A DNA stretch of 64,000 bases, taken from assembly GCA_964234715.1 (NCBI GenBank), contig OZ174288.1. One strand, given 5' to 3'. The DNA is from Podarcis melisellensis (Eukaryota). Both the position numbers and the translations under genes were made by a program. Numbering within the stretch: the stretch's first letter is position 1; the number at the start of each line of letters is the position of its first letter. Of this stretch, positions 51,763-64,000 are shown in pieces. A model generated the notes under the pieces. It was not told the origin of the DNA. It was given only the letters and a program-made list of their open reading frames with translations, and searched no databases.

Positions 51763-51908
51763 GATTATGGCACTGGGGTACCGAAGGTTTCCTTTCGTTA
51801 TTGCCAGCTTTGAATTGGACGGGCATACACCGAATACACAGCTGGGAAGATTCTGCAAATATCATTGAGCCTCAGCCCGATGACTCTTATGCTCTTCCAT
51901 ACCCTGAT
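51763..51908 (+). CDS. SUN1: SUN1 coding exon 12
   Basis: GLWHWGTEGFLSLLPALNWTGIHRIHSWEDSANIIEPQPDDSYALPYPD; GAT|GTAAGT donor. Confidence 0.9.
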
Positions 51909-52748
51909 GTAAGTGCTCTTTAAAAATATGTGTCTTAAGGCTTTTTGTTTCGCATGTGAAGGCTAAGGGGCTCTGCATGTTACTCACTTTCCTATTAGAT
52001 GATGGCCTTTGGTCTATCCATCTGCAAATGAATACCTGCCAATATTGTGAAGGGTTGGGAGTGATACAACCAAGAGCTGGCCAAATTATTTTGTTCCTGT
52101 TGTGCAGGCCTTAGTCCGCTATGCCAAACATGACATATGCCACCCATGTACAGCAGCCTACCAGCAACTATTGTTGCTGCCTGTCTTGAATTTCCAAGCG
52201 TCTGACAGGCTCTCTCTTTTTGAAACTCCAGAGCATGAGGCTGGCTTGATGCTTCACAAGTTGTGTTGGCTTGATAGATAGCTTATCAATATGCATAGTG
52301 CATAGTTTTGTTTTGTTTTGTTTTGGGGGGTTTTTAAAGCCCCTTCCCCAATGGATGACTCCTCCCCATCTCCTTTCCATGTGCAGTTATCCTTTAAATC
52401 CGTCTCTTAAATTTTATTTTATCATTCTTTGCTTTGGGGATAATGAGAATTAATCCCAAAATCTGGAATAAACTCCCAAGAGAGGTATACCATTCTTATC
52501 ACTGCATGCTTTTAGGCAAAACAGTGGAGACAATTTTATTTCATTGGATCTTTTCTGAATGGTGTTATTATTCAGGATTAACTGCAGCTGCTACTTTCGT
52601 CTGCTGCTCTAACTTGTTTTAAGGGTTTTTGTTTTGTTTTACAACTGTAATTTGTTGCAGTTGTGAGCTATTTTGTTATTGTAAACCACTATGAATGTTT
52701 TAGAACAGAGCTGGAGTATAAATGAATAAATACCCTTGAAAATTATAG

Positions 52749-52985
52749 GAATCTATGAAGGTATTTGATGCAGATCGTGTGATAGAGCTGGAAAAGAAAA
52801 TGGCCTTTATGTCTACGAGATGGCATCATCGGGATGCAGAATATAGTAAAGTGCTACTTCTTCTGCAAAGCCTTCAAGATCAAGTTACCCAGATGAATGA
52901 CAAAAGTGAAATGCTGACACTCATTAAAAACGTTGTGGGCCAGCATATTAAAGAAATGAAACCTGATGAAACACTACACCCAGCG
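52749..52985 (+). CDS. SUN1: SUN1 coding exon 13 (luminal coiled coil)
   Basis: ESMKVFDADRVIELEKKMAFMS...LLQSLQDQVTQM...LHPA; 237 nt, phase 0-0. Confidence 0.88.
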
Positions 52986-53575
52986 GTAATTTGTTTGGAA
53001 CTGTTTCTTAAAACTTGGAGTTTTAATGTGATCATTACAGACTTGTCATTCAAATACACAATAATACTTCTGTTGTAGGAGGCTGTTTAGAACTGACATG
53101 GGAAATGAGAGCTTGTGTGGGTGGGATACAAGTGTTTTCAGCTTACACATGATAATAGTTTAGCAAATTGCATTATAGTCATTCTCACTGGAAGCATTTC
53201 ATTATAATTCCATTCAGCCAAATTCATATGCTTAACCTGAAGATGGTAACATTAAAAATTCATTATTTGATATAAAGCCCAACATGCAGTACATTTAACA
53301 CACGTTCCTATGATTAGCTTAAGAGTTGAATAACTGTGTCTTAAAGGACGAAAATATGCTTTTCATGAATGGATTTTAAAATGATACCATTTTACTTCTT
53401 TACCTTTTCAAACTGCATTAAATAGCTCTCATATGGTCATTGTACTTAAATATGGCTTCAGGATAAACAGATATTATTTTGGGTTGTGTGGTTAAAATCC
53501 ATACAATATTTAAATATGGGAGGGATCTTGTGAGCAATAAGCTTCAAAAGTTACTATTCTCTTTTATCTTTAAAG

Positions 53576-53662
53576 CGTGACTTTCTGACCTTGCACCAAG
53601 AACATGAATGGCGCATTGTAGCTTTAGAAGATCTCCTTGCAAAACTCTCAGAAAAATCGGAG
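53576..53662 (+). CDS. SUN1: SUN1 coding exon 14
   Basis: RDFLTLHQEHEWRIVALEDLLAKLSEKSE; GAG|GTAATG donor. Confidence 0.92.
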
Positions 53663-54900
53663 GTAATGAAAAGAATGATAGACTTGCTTTAAGAGTTTCT
53701 TTCAGTAGCAAAGACTGTAATTTTAAGAATACTTGATTGGAAGTAAGTCCCAGTGAAATCCACAGGTTGCTTAGGGAAGAGGAAGAAGAAAAAAAGAAAT
53801 CTGTCACCTCAATGAGTGTGGAACCTCAGGTCAGGGAGCCAAATGTGACTGTCCAGGCCTCTCTATTTTTGGATATTATCTCCCAGAACTAATGCTGTTG
53901 CAAACCCTCCTCCAATTCGTCATCTGGCCAGAATGTATCCTTGAACTTTGGTAATGCCTCTTGCTTGCCTAGATGGGAAGAGATGTTTTTGGGCACAAAG
54001 TGGTAGTTTAATGACTATTATGCTGGGCTTGGATGTGGGAAGTCTAGGTTCCAATTGTTTAAAAATCTCACTGGGGGTACCCCTTGGCACTTTATAATCT
54101 GTCAATCAAACTAGCTTCTCAGGATGGTTGTGAGGATAAATGCCACAAGTTGCTCATAAGGCCAAAAGTGTGCCAAATGTATAATTTGTTGTGAGAACCA
54201 GAATTTTCAAAGTTGGAAGGCAGATCTGTTTTTCCAGCATTAAGAAACATTTTTTTTAAAAAAATGCAGTTAGCACTCATACCATTTCTCAAAAGCATTA
54301 AAAAATAAGATATGTGCTGGGATAATGAAAGACGGTTGGTTTGACCAAACAAGATTTATTCTGGATAAACATCAGACAGAAAGAGGAAAGGATTTTTCAC
54401 TTGCAAAGAGGCCCTAGTGAAAATACGATTAGTAACCTCAAGTTGCAGTCTTGGGATCCAGAGTGTTATGTGGATCTCCATATGTCAGGTAATGTTTCTG
54501 CTTCTTCTCTGGAAGAAGGATTGTGCCTTCCTTTCTTGTGATGCACTCCCTTCCCCCATAGCCATATGTTGAGTTAATGGATAAGAGCTGGATTACAATA
54601 ACTACCACCACCGAGTAGTTTAAGAGCAATTTTCTTCCCCAAGTCACATGCAGTCCCAATTGGAGTCCAGTGCCTCTTCCACTTTCTCTCACCCACCCGC
54701 ATTCCACCATGGCATGAATATGTCAAAATTGCTATCAGAAATTTTGATTGAAGTTTAGAAAGTATGCAAATTGGTTCCTCATCCTCTACTTTTTCCAAGT
54801 CCAAGTTTCTGTTGTCTGGGAATCTTTTCTTCACAGCATCTCTTCTGTAGTTCAGAATAAGGAGGTTCCATGTGAATTTAATCATTTTGTTATTTTTCAG

Positions 54901-54944
54901 GGCCTTCAAAAGGAACTTGAGCTAACCAAAGCACAAAGAATGAG
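54901..54944 (+). CDS. SUN1: SUN1 coding exon 15
   Basis: GLQKELELTKAQRM; TTTTTCAG acceptor, GAG|GTATGG donor. Confidence 0.9.
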
Positions 54945-55739
54945 GTATGGCTGCAGCTAGCTCCTTGCCACCAAGCAGTTAAAACTAGCCTGTAATCAAA
55001 TGATAACTGTTCTTCTTTTAACACCTCTGAATTAAAAATGGGTGGGTGGCTCTATAAGGGGGGTGGTTTTAGCTACTGAATGTTTGGCCTTTGTGGTCAC
55101 TATATGCATCTTGAAATTACATTCTAAAACTTGCTATAAGTCTGGAATATCATTCTGTCATTCCACCAACTCAGAATTTATTTTCTTTCTGGTGACTTAT
55201 TTTAATTCTATACTTGTTTTACACTGGCTTAAACCATATGCCCAGAAAATTGATTTTAAAGTTTCAAAATTCAGTTTGTTTGCTGATTAGCTTACTGCTG
55301 CTTTGTGCTGAAATTATAAGGGAATTCAGCATTTTCACCCCACCATGCTACTTTAAAACAACAATTGGAATTTAATGTCTGTTTAATGTCTACGTATAGT
55401 AGCAAATTCAACAAAATGCTGTGAATTGTATAGAAATTTCCAAAGAATCGTATGAACTTTGGGTGGCTTTGAACATTTCCCCAAATGAATAATAAGCAAA
55501 GTGTGAATGGTTCATACCTTCATCTCCATTGCTGCTTTTTTATCTTGTTCATAGTGGAGTAGAGGGAACATGTTTATCACATCAAATATGTTCTTGCATG
55601 CACGGAGAACACATCCCTCTGCCAAAAACTTGCTCATTTTGTTTTACTTCAGCGTAATGTTTTGTTGACTGTTACTAGATCTGTTACTAATAGTTCTGAT
55701 ATTTGAACTTTGTCTTTTATTATCTCTCTGTGCTGTCAG

Positions 55740-55878
55740 TGACACCGATGAACAAAACAAGCATCTGTTATCCAAGATTAAACACCTAGAACTTGAGTTA
55801 GGTCACATGAAATCAGAACTGCTAAGTTCACAGGGTTTGAAAACTTGCTGTGACAGAATGGATACCCTTCATGAAAAG
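55740..55878 (+). CDS. SUN1: SUN1 coding exon 16
   Basis: SDTDEQNKHLLSKIKHLELELGHMKSELLSSQGLKTCCDRMDTLHEK; AAG|GTAAGT donor. Confidence 0.92.
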
Positions 55879-56500
55879 GTAAGTTCAAAAGGAGACTTCC
55901 CTGAATGAAGTTTAATATGTTGTATTTGTGCACCCAGTTCTGACAAAGCGTTTTGTGTCCAAGGCAAGATTCCTGGAGGGATTGATTTGCTGAGAAGCAT
56001 ATGGTTGTGTCTGTTTAGCTTACTCAAAATACAATACCATAAGATGCAATTGGTTTCAGGACTTTACAGGACTGTCTACAAGCAGGAGGCTGGCCTACTC
56101 AATTTCTGTGGGGAGGCACTAGCTTATAGTTCTTTAGAATTTTATTTTGGCTATCCTGTCATTCCATTTGAAGATCATGGTAAATGGATTAAAGGCTGTA
56201 GAGCTGGGATCCAAAGAGCAGATTAGGCCCACAGAAGGGGTTTACAGAAACCCAGTGGAATTTCTGACGTGTTTCCTTTGAATAGTTAACATGAATGGCT
56301 ATGACAGAGGGAATATGGTTTGTTGCCTAACTTAGTGTATTAAAACATAATGTTGAAGCACCTCAACTTTTATGTTACAGCAGTCTGATTGTTGGGAATA
56401 GCAGGAAACTAAAATAAGTATGTGTGTTAAGAGAACCACTATTCTATTTGGAAAGTGATCCAAAGCCAGTGATATAACTTTCCATATGATATGTTTCTAG

Positions 56501-56755
56501 GTAGATGCCCAAGTTAAAGAATCAGTCAAGATCATGCTTTTTGGCAGCCAACAAGGAGACTTGCCAGAATCACTGCTTCAGTGGCTAACGTCCAAATTTG
56601 TGAGCAAGAATGACTTGCAAAATTTGTTACAAGATCTGGAGTTGCAGATCCTCAAGAACATAACCCTCCACATGTCTGTCACAAATACAAAGTCAACTTC
56701 AGAGGTAGTAACGAGCGTTGTGAATGAGGCTGGGATTTCAGGCATCACAGAAGCT
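56501..56755 (+). CDS. SUN1: SUN1 coding exon 17
   Basis: VDAQVKESVKIMLF...FVSKNDLQNLLQDLELQILKNIT...GISGITEA. Confidence 0.94.
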
Positions 56756-58728
56756 GTAAGTAAGACAAAGAATATTATACATTTCCACTAAAACTCTAGA
56801 TTGCACTTTTGTGAAACAGCTTCATTAAACTTATGCTTAAGTTTCTGTGCATTTCATTTTTAAGACTGTAAGTGCAATTCGTCTTTAACTACAAATGCTT
56901 TTCAGGAGAAAGATGTGAGCAAATATTTTAGATAAATGATAAAAAGATGGCGATGGAGACAGTCCATGTTTTTGTCTATTAACATACATTTAATTTAGTG
57001 TGGTATGATTTTGTAATGTTAGCTTTTTTACTTTGGCCTCTAAGGACTCTTATTTTGAATGTCAGCTTTTTAAATAATGCAGCGTCCCATACCTTTGCAT
57101 ATGAATAATCCAGATTAACTCCTGCCGAGTCTGTTCACAATTGCAAAATTCTGAATCATGCTGCAATAAGAAAGTGTCCAGCTAATTGCTCGCTGTACAT
57201 TGTAGTGTCTTTAAGGAGTGCCAGGTGTGGAGGTATATCCTGGCGTTTTATGGTAGTTCCAGTTTCATGGAGTACTGCATCCCCAAAGCATTTAACCTTT
57301 GGGCAATCCCACCATAAATGCAAGCACATCTCAAGGGTTTGGCATCCCCTCCAACATTTTGGCGAGGAACCAGTGCTCGTGTAAAATAGTTATGTGGTGT
57401 GAAGTACAGTTTGTGAATTGACTTTAATGTGAGTTCTTTGTTCCTCACTGAGTCAGAACGAAATGTTAGTCTTGCTCCAGTATTTGAAATTATAATTTCA
57501 TCAGTGTCATTAGATGATGATACTTTGGATCCAGAGTTACTCTTCCATGAATGGAAGGGTGTATGAACTTGTGGAAGCTCACATTGGCAGAAGTGAAGGA
57601 GGCAATTTTTCAGTGATTCCTCTTTCTCTCTGTGCTGCACCTCACTCTGTTCTGAAGGATGCTGCAACATTCATGAGCAGATCTTCAGGGCACTGCAGGA
57701 GAAAGGAAGTTTCAACAAAATAACCTCTCTCCCCCTATGCCATTGCTCCCAACTTTCATCCACTAGAAGCACCCCATGAGCAAAGATCCACTTCCAATAA
57801 CATGGGATCCAAGCCACTGACTGCAATTTCGTGCTGGGAATAACTTTGCAGCTGGCTTGTAGAAACAAATGCTTTGCTACCAATACCAGTCCTAATTTTG
57901 TAGACCTCTGCCCATGTTAATCATGTCTGGCCTTTGCAGAAGTTGGTCTTTCTCTTCTTCTTTCTTCTTCTTTAAAGCTTTCCTTATCTAGTCATTTGCA
58001 GATAATTATTACCCAACACAAATTCCTAGGCTAGTGTCTATGTGCAATTCTGAGAAGGTGATCTCTTGAGGGCTTGCTGGGTTATAAAGCTGGAAATATT
58101 AATAGGCATATAAAATAATTGGACTGCTTAAAAATTAAAAATGCAGCCAGAGAAACATCAATAAAATTCCAGCCATGAAAAGGAAAACCAGCCCCATTCA
58201 TTCTGAATGGCGTTTCATAAAGTGGACAGCACATCCATATTGACTGTATTGGTTACTGCTCAGGAGTACAATTTGTACTACTGAACACTAACTCAATTCA
58301 TAGTTCTGGCATTGACCTTTAAAACTGTTAATCGCCTGAGGCTTTGTCACATCAAAGACCAGATTTGCCCATATGTTGCTTCAAAGACTAGTTTGCCCAA
58401 GCCTTAAAGTTTAGATTGGCCTTGAAGGCCCTCTTTGTCCCACCTCCACTGGGAACACAGTTGGTAGGCATTAGGAACAGGTAGTGTCACTGCTTTAGAA
58501 TACCAACAGGCATCCTCTGTTTACATTCTTATACTGGTTGCATTTACTTTTTCTTAATTCAGAGAGACATTTTTTGGGATACTATGTGTGTGTGTGTGTG
58601 TGTGTATGAATATGAATGCTGTGTAAAACAATTCCATGGCAAAAGCGCAACTTGACATCAGTGTGTCAGAATGCTGAAATACAGAGCTTACTCTCAATTT
58701 CTCATATTCCTCTTATGTATATTTGCAG

Positions 58729-58813
58729 CAAGCACGCATTATTGTCAATAACGCACTGAAGCTCTTTTCACAAGACAAGACTGGCATGGTTGACTTTGCC
58801 TTGGAATCTGGAG
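58729..58813 (+). CDS. SUN1: SUN1 coding exon 18
   Basis: QARIIVNNALKLFSQDKTGMVDFALESG, leading into the SUN domain. Confidence 0.96.
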
Positions 58814-60288
58814 GTAAGTTCTGAGGGGATATTGCCTGTCTTATACCAGAGGTGTTGAGCAACCATTTAAATAGTTTAAACATTTTGAGCTGATCTTCAT
58901 TACAGATAGTAAGTTCTGTAGAAGTTTTGCTGGATCTAGGAGCCTTTCCTGTTGTGGCCCCCAAACCCTTTAATTTTTTTCCTGGGTATATTTGACTACC
59001 ACCTAAAATATCAGGGAGGAACCTTAGGCCTGGGGGCGGGGGGCAAATGCAGTATTCCAGGCTTCTCTTTCTGGCCCCTGGAGCTCTCAGCAGTGCACAA
59101 CCCCTCCTTACCCTCTACCATCTCTCCCCCAGGCCACATTTCTCACTCAGCTTCATACCCTCCTTGAGAGCTACAGCATTATACTAATTATAACTTGCTA
59201 CTTCTTTTGTTTCGTTTTGTAGTTTTCAGTGCCAGTTTTGCTTGATTTTAAATGGATTTGTTTTGTAAGCTGCCTTCAGGACACTTTTCAAAAGGCTGGG
59301 GTATAAATCCCCAAAATAAATAAATATAGAATACTTCATCCCATAACAGGCTTTAGCTCAGAGACTAATAGAGTTTGTGTGTAAGAGGCTTAGACATAAG
59401 AGAAGTGGGTGGAGACAGCTTGGGAAATATGGCCTGGGCACCCCGGGAGATTAACGGCTAGTTGCATTGAGGAAAGAACAATTTACTCTTGACTCTGCAG
59501 TTATGGGAATCTAGAAATGTGCTTTAAATCAATCACTAGGAAAGCTAAAATTCTCCAACCTGAAAACCTCTTTCTACCTGGTTTAGAAAGGAACGCTAGT
59601 CAGCAGAAGTCATGGTTGAGATTAGCACTGCTCTTGTTAAAGTTGAACTTATTTCCTATAAAAATCCATCTTGTGTAGATACCTGTTTGGACATCTGGGT
59701 AGCTTATATCAATATATATGGTTAATTTAAGAAGGATATACAGATGATTATTGTATCCTAAATGTGAGCCAACAGTGGGTTTTGTTTTTCCTTCACTTTT
59801 TCCCTTCATTTTCCTTTTTATTTGTTACATTTGGTTTTAAGAATTATTTTTTAAAAAATAAGATTGGCATAGATATTATTGCCTTAGTGTTCAGGTGGTG
59901 GAATGTAAATAATTCACTGCCAAGTGGGGAAGAGGTGGAAGAAGGGGGAGCACATGTTTGAAAAATTAGCTCCTAATTGCTCAACCACAGCTAAGAGCAG
60001 AAGGGCCAGCTCCATCTGCACCACCAGTCCTCAGACTCTAGTTTATTAGAGCAAGGAAGGTGAGGCTGTGCTTCTTTATAAAGGAGAAAACAAGACTGCT
60101 GTCCAGCAGCTAGAGTTTGTGCTGGCTGCCGTCTTTAGTCTCCCAAAGCATAGTTGGCTGCCAAGGGTTGAAAACGGCTGCATTAAGTAGCACAAGGTTT
60201 TCGTATTTAAAAAGAATGAAGAGGCACACGCAGAGTAAGTCTGCACTGTCATATTAACAAATCTGAATAGTTTCCTTGTTTCTTCCAG

Positions 60289-60404
60289 GTGGCAGTATTT
60301 TGAGTACTCGCTGTTCAGAGACGTACGAAACCAAAACAGCTCTAATTAGTCTCTTTGGAATTCCTTTGTGGTACTTCTCTCAATCTCCTCGCGTAGTGAT
60401 CCAG
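60289..60404 (+). CDS. SUN1: SUN1 coding exon 19 (SUN domain, KASH-lid region)
   Basis: GGSILSTRCSETYETKTALISLFGIPLWYFSQSPRVVIQ. Confidence 0.97.
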
Positions 60405-61785
60405 GTAATTAAAAGGCTAGTGATTTTTAAAACACTTGGGAAACATATTTTCCCTCTTAAAGGCACAAGTTGCTCAGGGCTTTTGTCCAGAAGGGTTTCT
60501 GTGTCAACAGGTAAGGTCATTTCTGCTTAGTACAGCAGTATCTTGGCTTCCTCGCATCTTGTTGGCATCCTGGCATCAGCTTCTTTCTGTGCTCAAGGAA
60601 TAGGAATGAATTTTGTGCCAATATTGGATGAGCTAACCTTGGTGTCACTTAGTTTCCATCTCTCGTTAGCTTTTCTTCCAGAATCTTTGGCAAGAATTCG
60701 ATGAAGGTGCATTTATTTGTTGACTGTTGCTCAGTTCCTTACCACTGAAATGCTTTGCAGCTAAATTTGTGCACTCTTCAGAACCCAAGCCATTTAAATG
60801 TTGACCGGTTTTCTGAAACGATGTTACAGTCATGAATTCTGATGTCTAGTATGTCCCGTGTGTGCACATGCTTGAAGCATAGGGCTGTTCCATAGGGGTG
60901 CATGCCCTTATACAGCCGGGACAGTTATCATTGACCCAACACTGAGCTTCTTTTATTAGCTATTTCATAATTTTTTATGCACTAGATTGTAAAAAAACAC
61001 CAATAGTTTTCAAATTGTGCACACAGGAAGCCTGTGGCTTCTCAGGGTGTTCAGTGAGAAGATCAGTAATAATCTTCCTTGAAAAACTGCTTGCCCACCA
61101 ATAAGCACCTTCTGCAGTGTTCATGTACAGGGGTATTGAGCATGCAACAGGCCTGGATAAAAGGCAGAACATGGCTTGTTGGTTCCTGAGGTGTCCTCCC
61201 CCCCCCCCCCCAAGAATGCTGGACTAGAAAGCCTGATCCAGTCCTTAAAAAAGAGAGCACATTTAGGGTGACAATGCAGATCAGTCATACCTCTTGCTTT
61301 TTAACTATAAAATATACAAGTAGACTGTGAGGATTCTAGCTTAAAAACAAAACTAAGGTCAGCTCGTAATTATTTTAGGAGGCACAGTAAGTTTAGAGAA
61401 GGTGATGGTGAAACCAAACAGGCCTCAAACATGTCACTCAAATCCCCTACAATAGGTTGATTTCCCAAAACAGATAAAACAGTGCAGAAAGTTTTAAAAC
61501 CACTGAATTATGCAACAAAAGTTGCTTAAAGGTTTCTTAAAGGAAGCTATTTCAGATTATAATTGCTTCACATTTTTTATGATGATGCCATACGACATTA
61601 TTATGTTGCTGTACTTTAGTTATTATAATTTTGAGCTGCTGAGCTACATGACTTAAAGGATACGCACCATCTAAGGAAATTATGCAATTTCTCAGTATAT
61701 GCTTTGTCCACATTATAATTTCAGATCTCTTGTTATTTTTAAACTTATTAATGGAACTGTAACTTTTTTTATTTCTTCCCTTAAG

Positions 61786-61953
61786 CCTGACATGTATCCT
61801 GGAAACTGCTGGGCTTTCAAAGGATCACAGGGATATCTGGTTGTCAGGCTTTCCATGATGATCTACCCTACAGCCTTCACCCTGGAACACATACCAAAAA
61901 CACTTTCACCAACAGGCAATATTACCAGTGCTCCAAAGGATTTTTCAGTATAT
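61786..61953 (+). CDS. SUN1: SUN1 coding exon 20 (SUN domain)
   Basis: PDMYPGNCWAFKGSQGYLVVRLSMMIYPTAFTLEHIPKTLSPTGNITSAPKDFSVY. Confidence 0.97.
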
Positions 61954-62603
61954 GTAAGCTTTATCTTTGACAAAATAGATTAGGGTGATTTTCCTCAAAT
62001 TTATTTATTTTGCAATTCTTATAAAAGGGGGATCAAAGGAAAAGGACTTTGAATACCTCAGTGTATTGATTTATCACCTAACCTGCTCCGGATGTGCCTT
62101 CTTCAGAACTCTTCCCTTGGGAAATGTATTTGACATCTGTACAAGCAGCTGTAAGAACAGACTGTTCTAATTAGCTTTTCAGTGTACCCAGATAGATAAT
62201 ATAAAATAATTTTCAGTAAAACAAAGAAATGAAAAGAACAGGAGATCACACTTTCAACTTAATATATTTTGTGTTAAAATTAAAGTAGAAACTCAAGATG
62301 TGACGGTTTATAAAAGTTATTCTTGCATACAGACCACATTTCAGCCATTTCTAGTACCGGTATTTTACATTGCAATTATCCTGAGACTTTGTGGTGATCT
62401 TTGTAGAAATCCAAGTAGTAAATTCATATTTTTCATATCCTAAAAGTATTCAGGGGGTGTGTGGGATATGTTGTGCATCCTACCTACTTTTATTGCGATC
62501 TTGTATTTTAATAGGGACTGAGAGAGGTTGAAATTAAAACTGAATCTTATAGTTACCTTCGCTGGTGAGAATTCAGAATAATATTAAACCTTTGTGTTGG
62601 CAG

Positions 62604-62696
62604 GGTCTTGAAAGTGAGTATGAACAAGAGGGCGAACTTCTTGGGCAGTATATTTATGATCAAGATGGAGAGCCATTACAGATGTTTCAAGTAACG
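62604..62696 (+). CDS. SUN1: SUN1 coding exon 21
   Basis: GLESEYEQEGELLGQYIYDQDGEPLQMFQVT; ACG|GTATGT donor. Confidence 0.94.
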
Positions 62697-63178
62697 GTAT
62701 GTCATCATTAGTACAAAGCCTATCTGCCTTTAGGTTTCTTTCTTTTACACTCTTGGAGGCATTGACATGAATGCAAATAGTATTAGGTTTGGATTTGCTC
62801 CTGTAAAGCAAAGAAGTTAGATCATGCAGGCGACAAATAAAATTTGAAAGTCTGGTTTGCTCCAGTCTTGCATATAAGCCCACAGAGTTTTACTAGCATA
62901 CTTACTGCTCATTCACAGAAATCTTAAAGTAGCACAAGGCTTTCCAAACTGGAGGAAATTTGCATTTCAAATTCCCCTAACTGCAAATCCTCTGATATCA
63001 CATAAATTGATCTGTGAACGGTTGGCCCCGCCTTTTTGCATGGGCTTGATGGATTTTCCCCCCCTATTTTGACTGCAATAGTGCATGTAAAGTTGAATGC
63101 AAAGGAAGCTGTAACAACAGTTATAGATACAACATTGTAATCCCGCTTTCTTTTAAGGACAAAATACCAAAAAACTAA

Positions 63179-63410
63179 GGGTTGTGTCCAATACTGGTCC
63201 TGCTCAAAGTAAACCCATTGAAGTTAATGAACATGACTAAGGGTTGCTAGGTCCTGCTGAGAAGAGACCCACTGAAATTAATAAACCTAAGTTATTCACA
63301 TCCACTCACTTCAGTCGGTCTACTCTGTGTAGGACTAGCCCTGGGTACCACCCTAACTTCTGTCCATTAATTTCAGTGAGTCTGCTGTGAGTAGGTTTTG
63401 GGTACAACCA
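63179..63410. mobile_element. Nested PIF/Harbinger-type palindromic MITEs (inner copy 63241-63353)
   Basis: Outer ends GGGTTGTGTCCAA / TTGGGTACAACCA and inner ends GGGTTG / TACCACCC, each flanked by TAA. Confidence 0.7.
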
Positions 63411-63590
63411 TAAGCACCCTTTTAGTCCAGTTTATTGCAATAAGAAATAACTGGTGTGACTTACGTGGTTAACAAGGGTTGGACTGAATTCATAGCATTT
63501 ATAACAATATAATTTATTCTACAGACAAATTACTTTTAAAATAAGTTATCTGCTAAGCTCTAACTTCTTCCTCGTCCTTTATTTTTTTAG

Positions 63591-63704
63591 GAGACAACTG
63601 AAAAACCATTCCAGATAGTGGAGCTAAGAATTTTTTCTAACTGGGGCCATACAGAGTACACTTGCCTCTATCGGTTTAGAGTGCATGGGAGACCGGCTGA
63701 ATGA
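63591..63704 (+). CDS. SUN1: SUN1 terminal coding exon 22; 3' UTR follows from 63705
   Basis: ETTEKPFQIVELRIFSNWGHTEYTCLYRFRVHGRPAE, stop TGA 63702-63704. Confidence 0.97.
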   Translation, partial: ETTEKPFQIVELRIFSNWGHTEYTCLYRFRVHGRPAE

Positions 63705-64000
63705 ATCCTATGTACCCTTTCCTACTTCTTGATGTATATTTTTTCTGTTTATATGTATATAAAGGGAAAGCCTGGAACACTGGAATTCTTAAAAGATACG
63801 TGATGGGCTGCAGGTTCCAAGTTCTTGGCTAAGTATAGAAGACTGCCAACAGAATTGTATATCAAACCAAATGGTTATTTGCTCGGATGCTCAGCTTGTA
63901 CCTTCCAGACAGCTTTATATTTTTAACGTGTTCATTCTAAGAAAAATATTGCATGCCAACCGCTCTCATTTGCAAAACTCAGTTAACAAGCTAGTAAATA

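Noticed and set aside
57248-57670. Longest minus-strand ORF (140 aa)
   Set aside because: Intronic and antisense, with no recognisable domain or splice structure.
1-64000. Prokaryotic-type systems (CRISPR arrays, operons, defence islands) or an endogenous virus
   Set aside because: Spliceosomal exon-intron structure throughout; no repeat-spacer arrays, long ORFs or LTR pairs found by eye.

Overview
Vertebrate genomic DNA. The SINE, CR1, BovB and MITE repertoire points to a squamate reptile, probably a lacertid lizard (inferred). Two intron-containing genes lie on the + strand. (1) The last six coding exons of DNAAF5/HEATR2 (407-11890), followed by polyA signals. (2) A complete SUN1 gene: CpG-island promoter and non-coding first exon at about 15.2-15.9 kb, ATG at 31700, 22 GT-AG coding exons that splice in frame to a 2748-nt CDS (915 aa), stop at 63704. 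DNAAF5-SUN1 adjacency matches the known mammalian order. Introns hold hAT, Tc1/Tigger and Harbinger-type MITEs with readable TIRs/TSDs, tRNA-derived SINEs and CR1, BovB and Penelope fragments. The most interesting signal is an apparent hidden splicing layer in the SUN1 nucleoplasmic region. It comprises a run of symmetric phase-1 exons, a candidate extra 66-nt in-frame exon (43775-43840), and a candidate truncating (poison or terminal) exon at about 47821/47838-47966 followed by a dense RBFOX (TGCATG) cluster, upstream of the transmembrane exons. Most entries in the ORF track are spurious intronic ORFs. Gene names rest on my recognition of peptide sequence, not on a database search.
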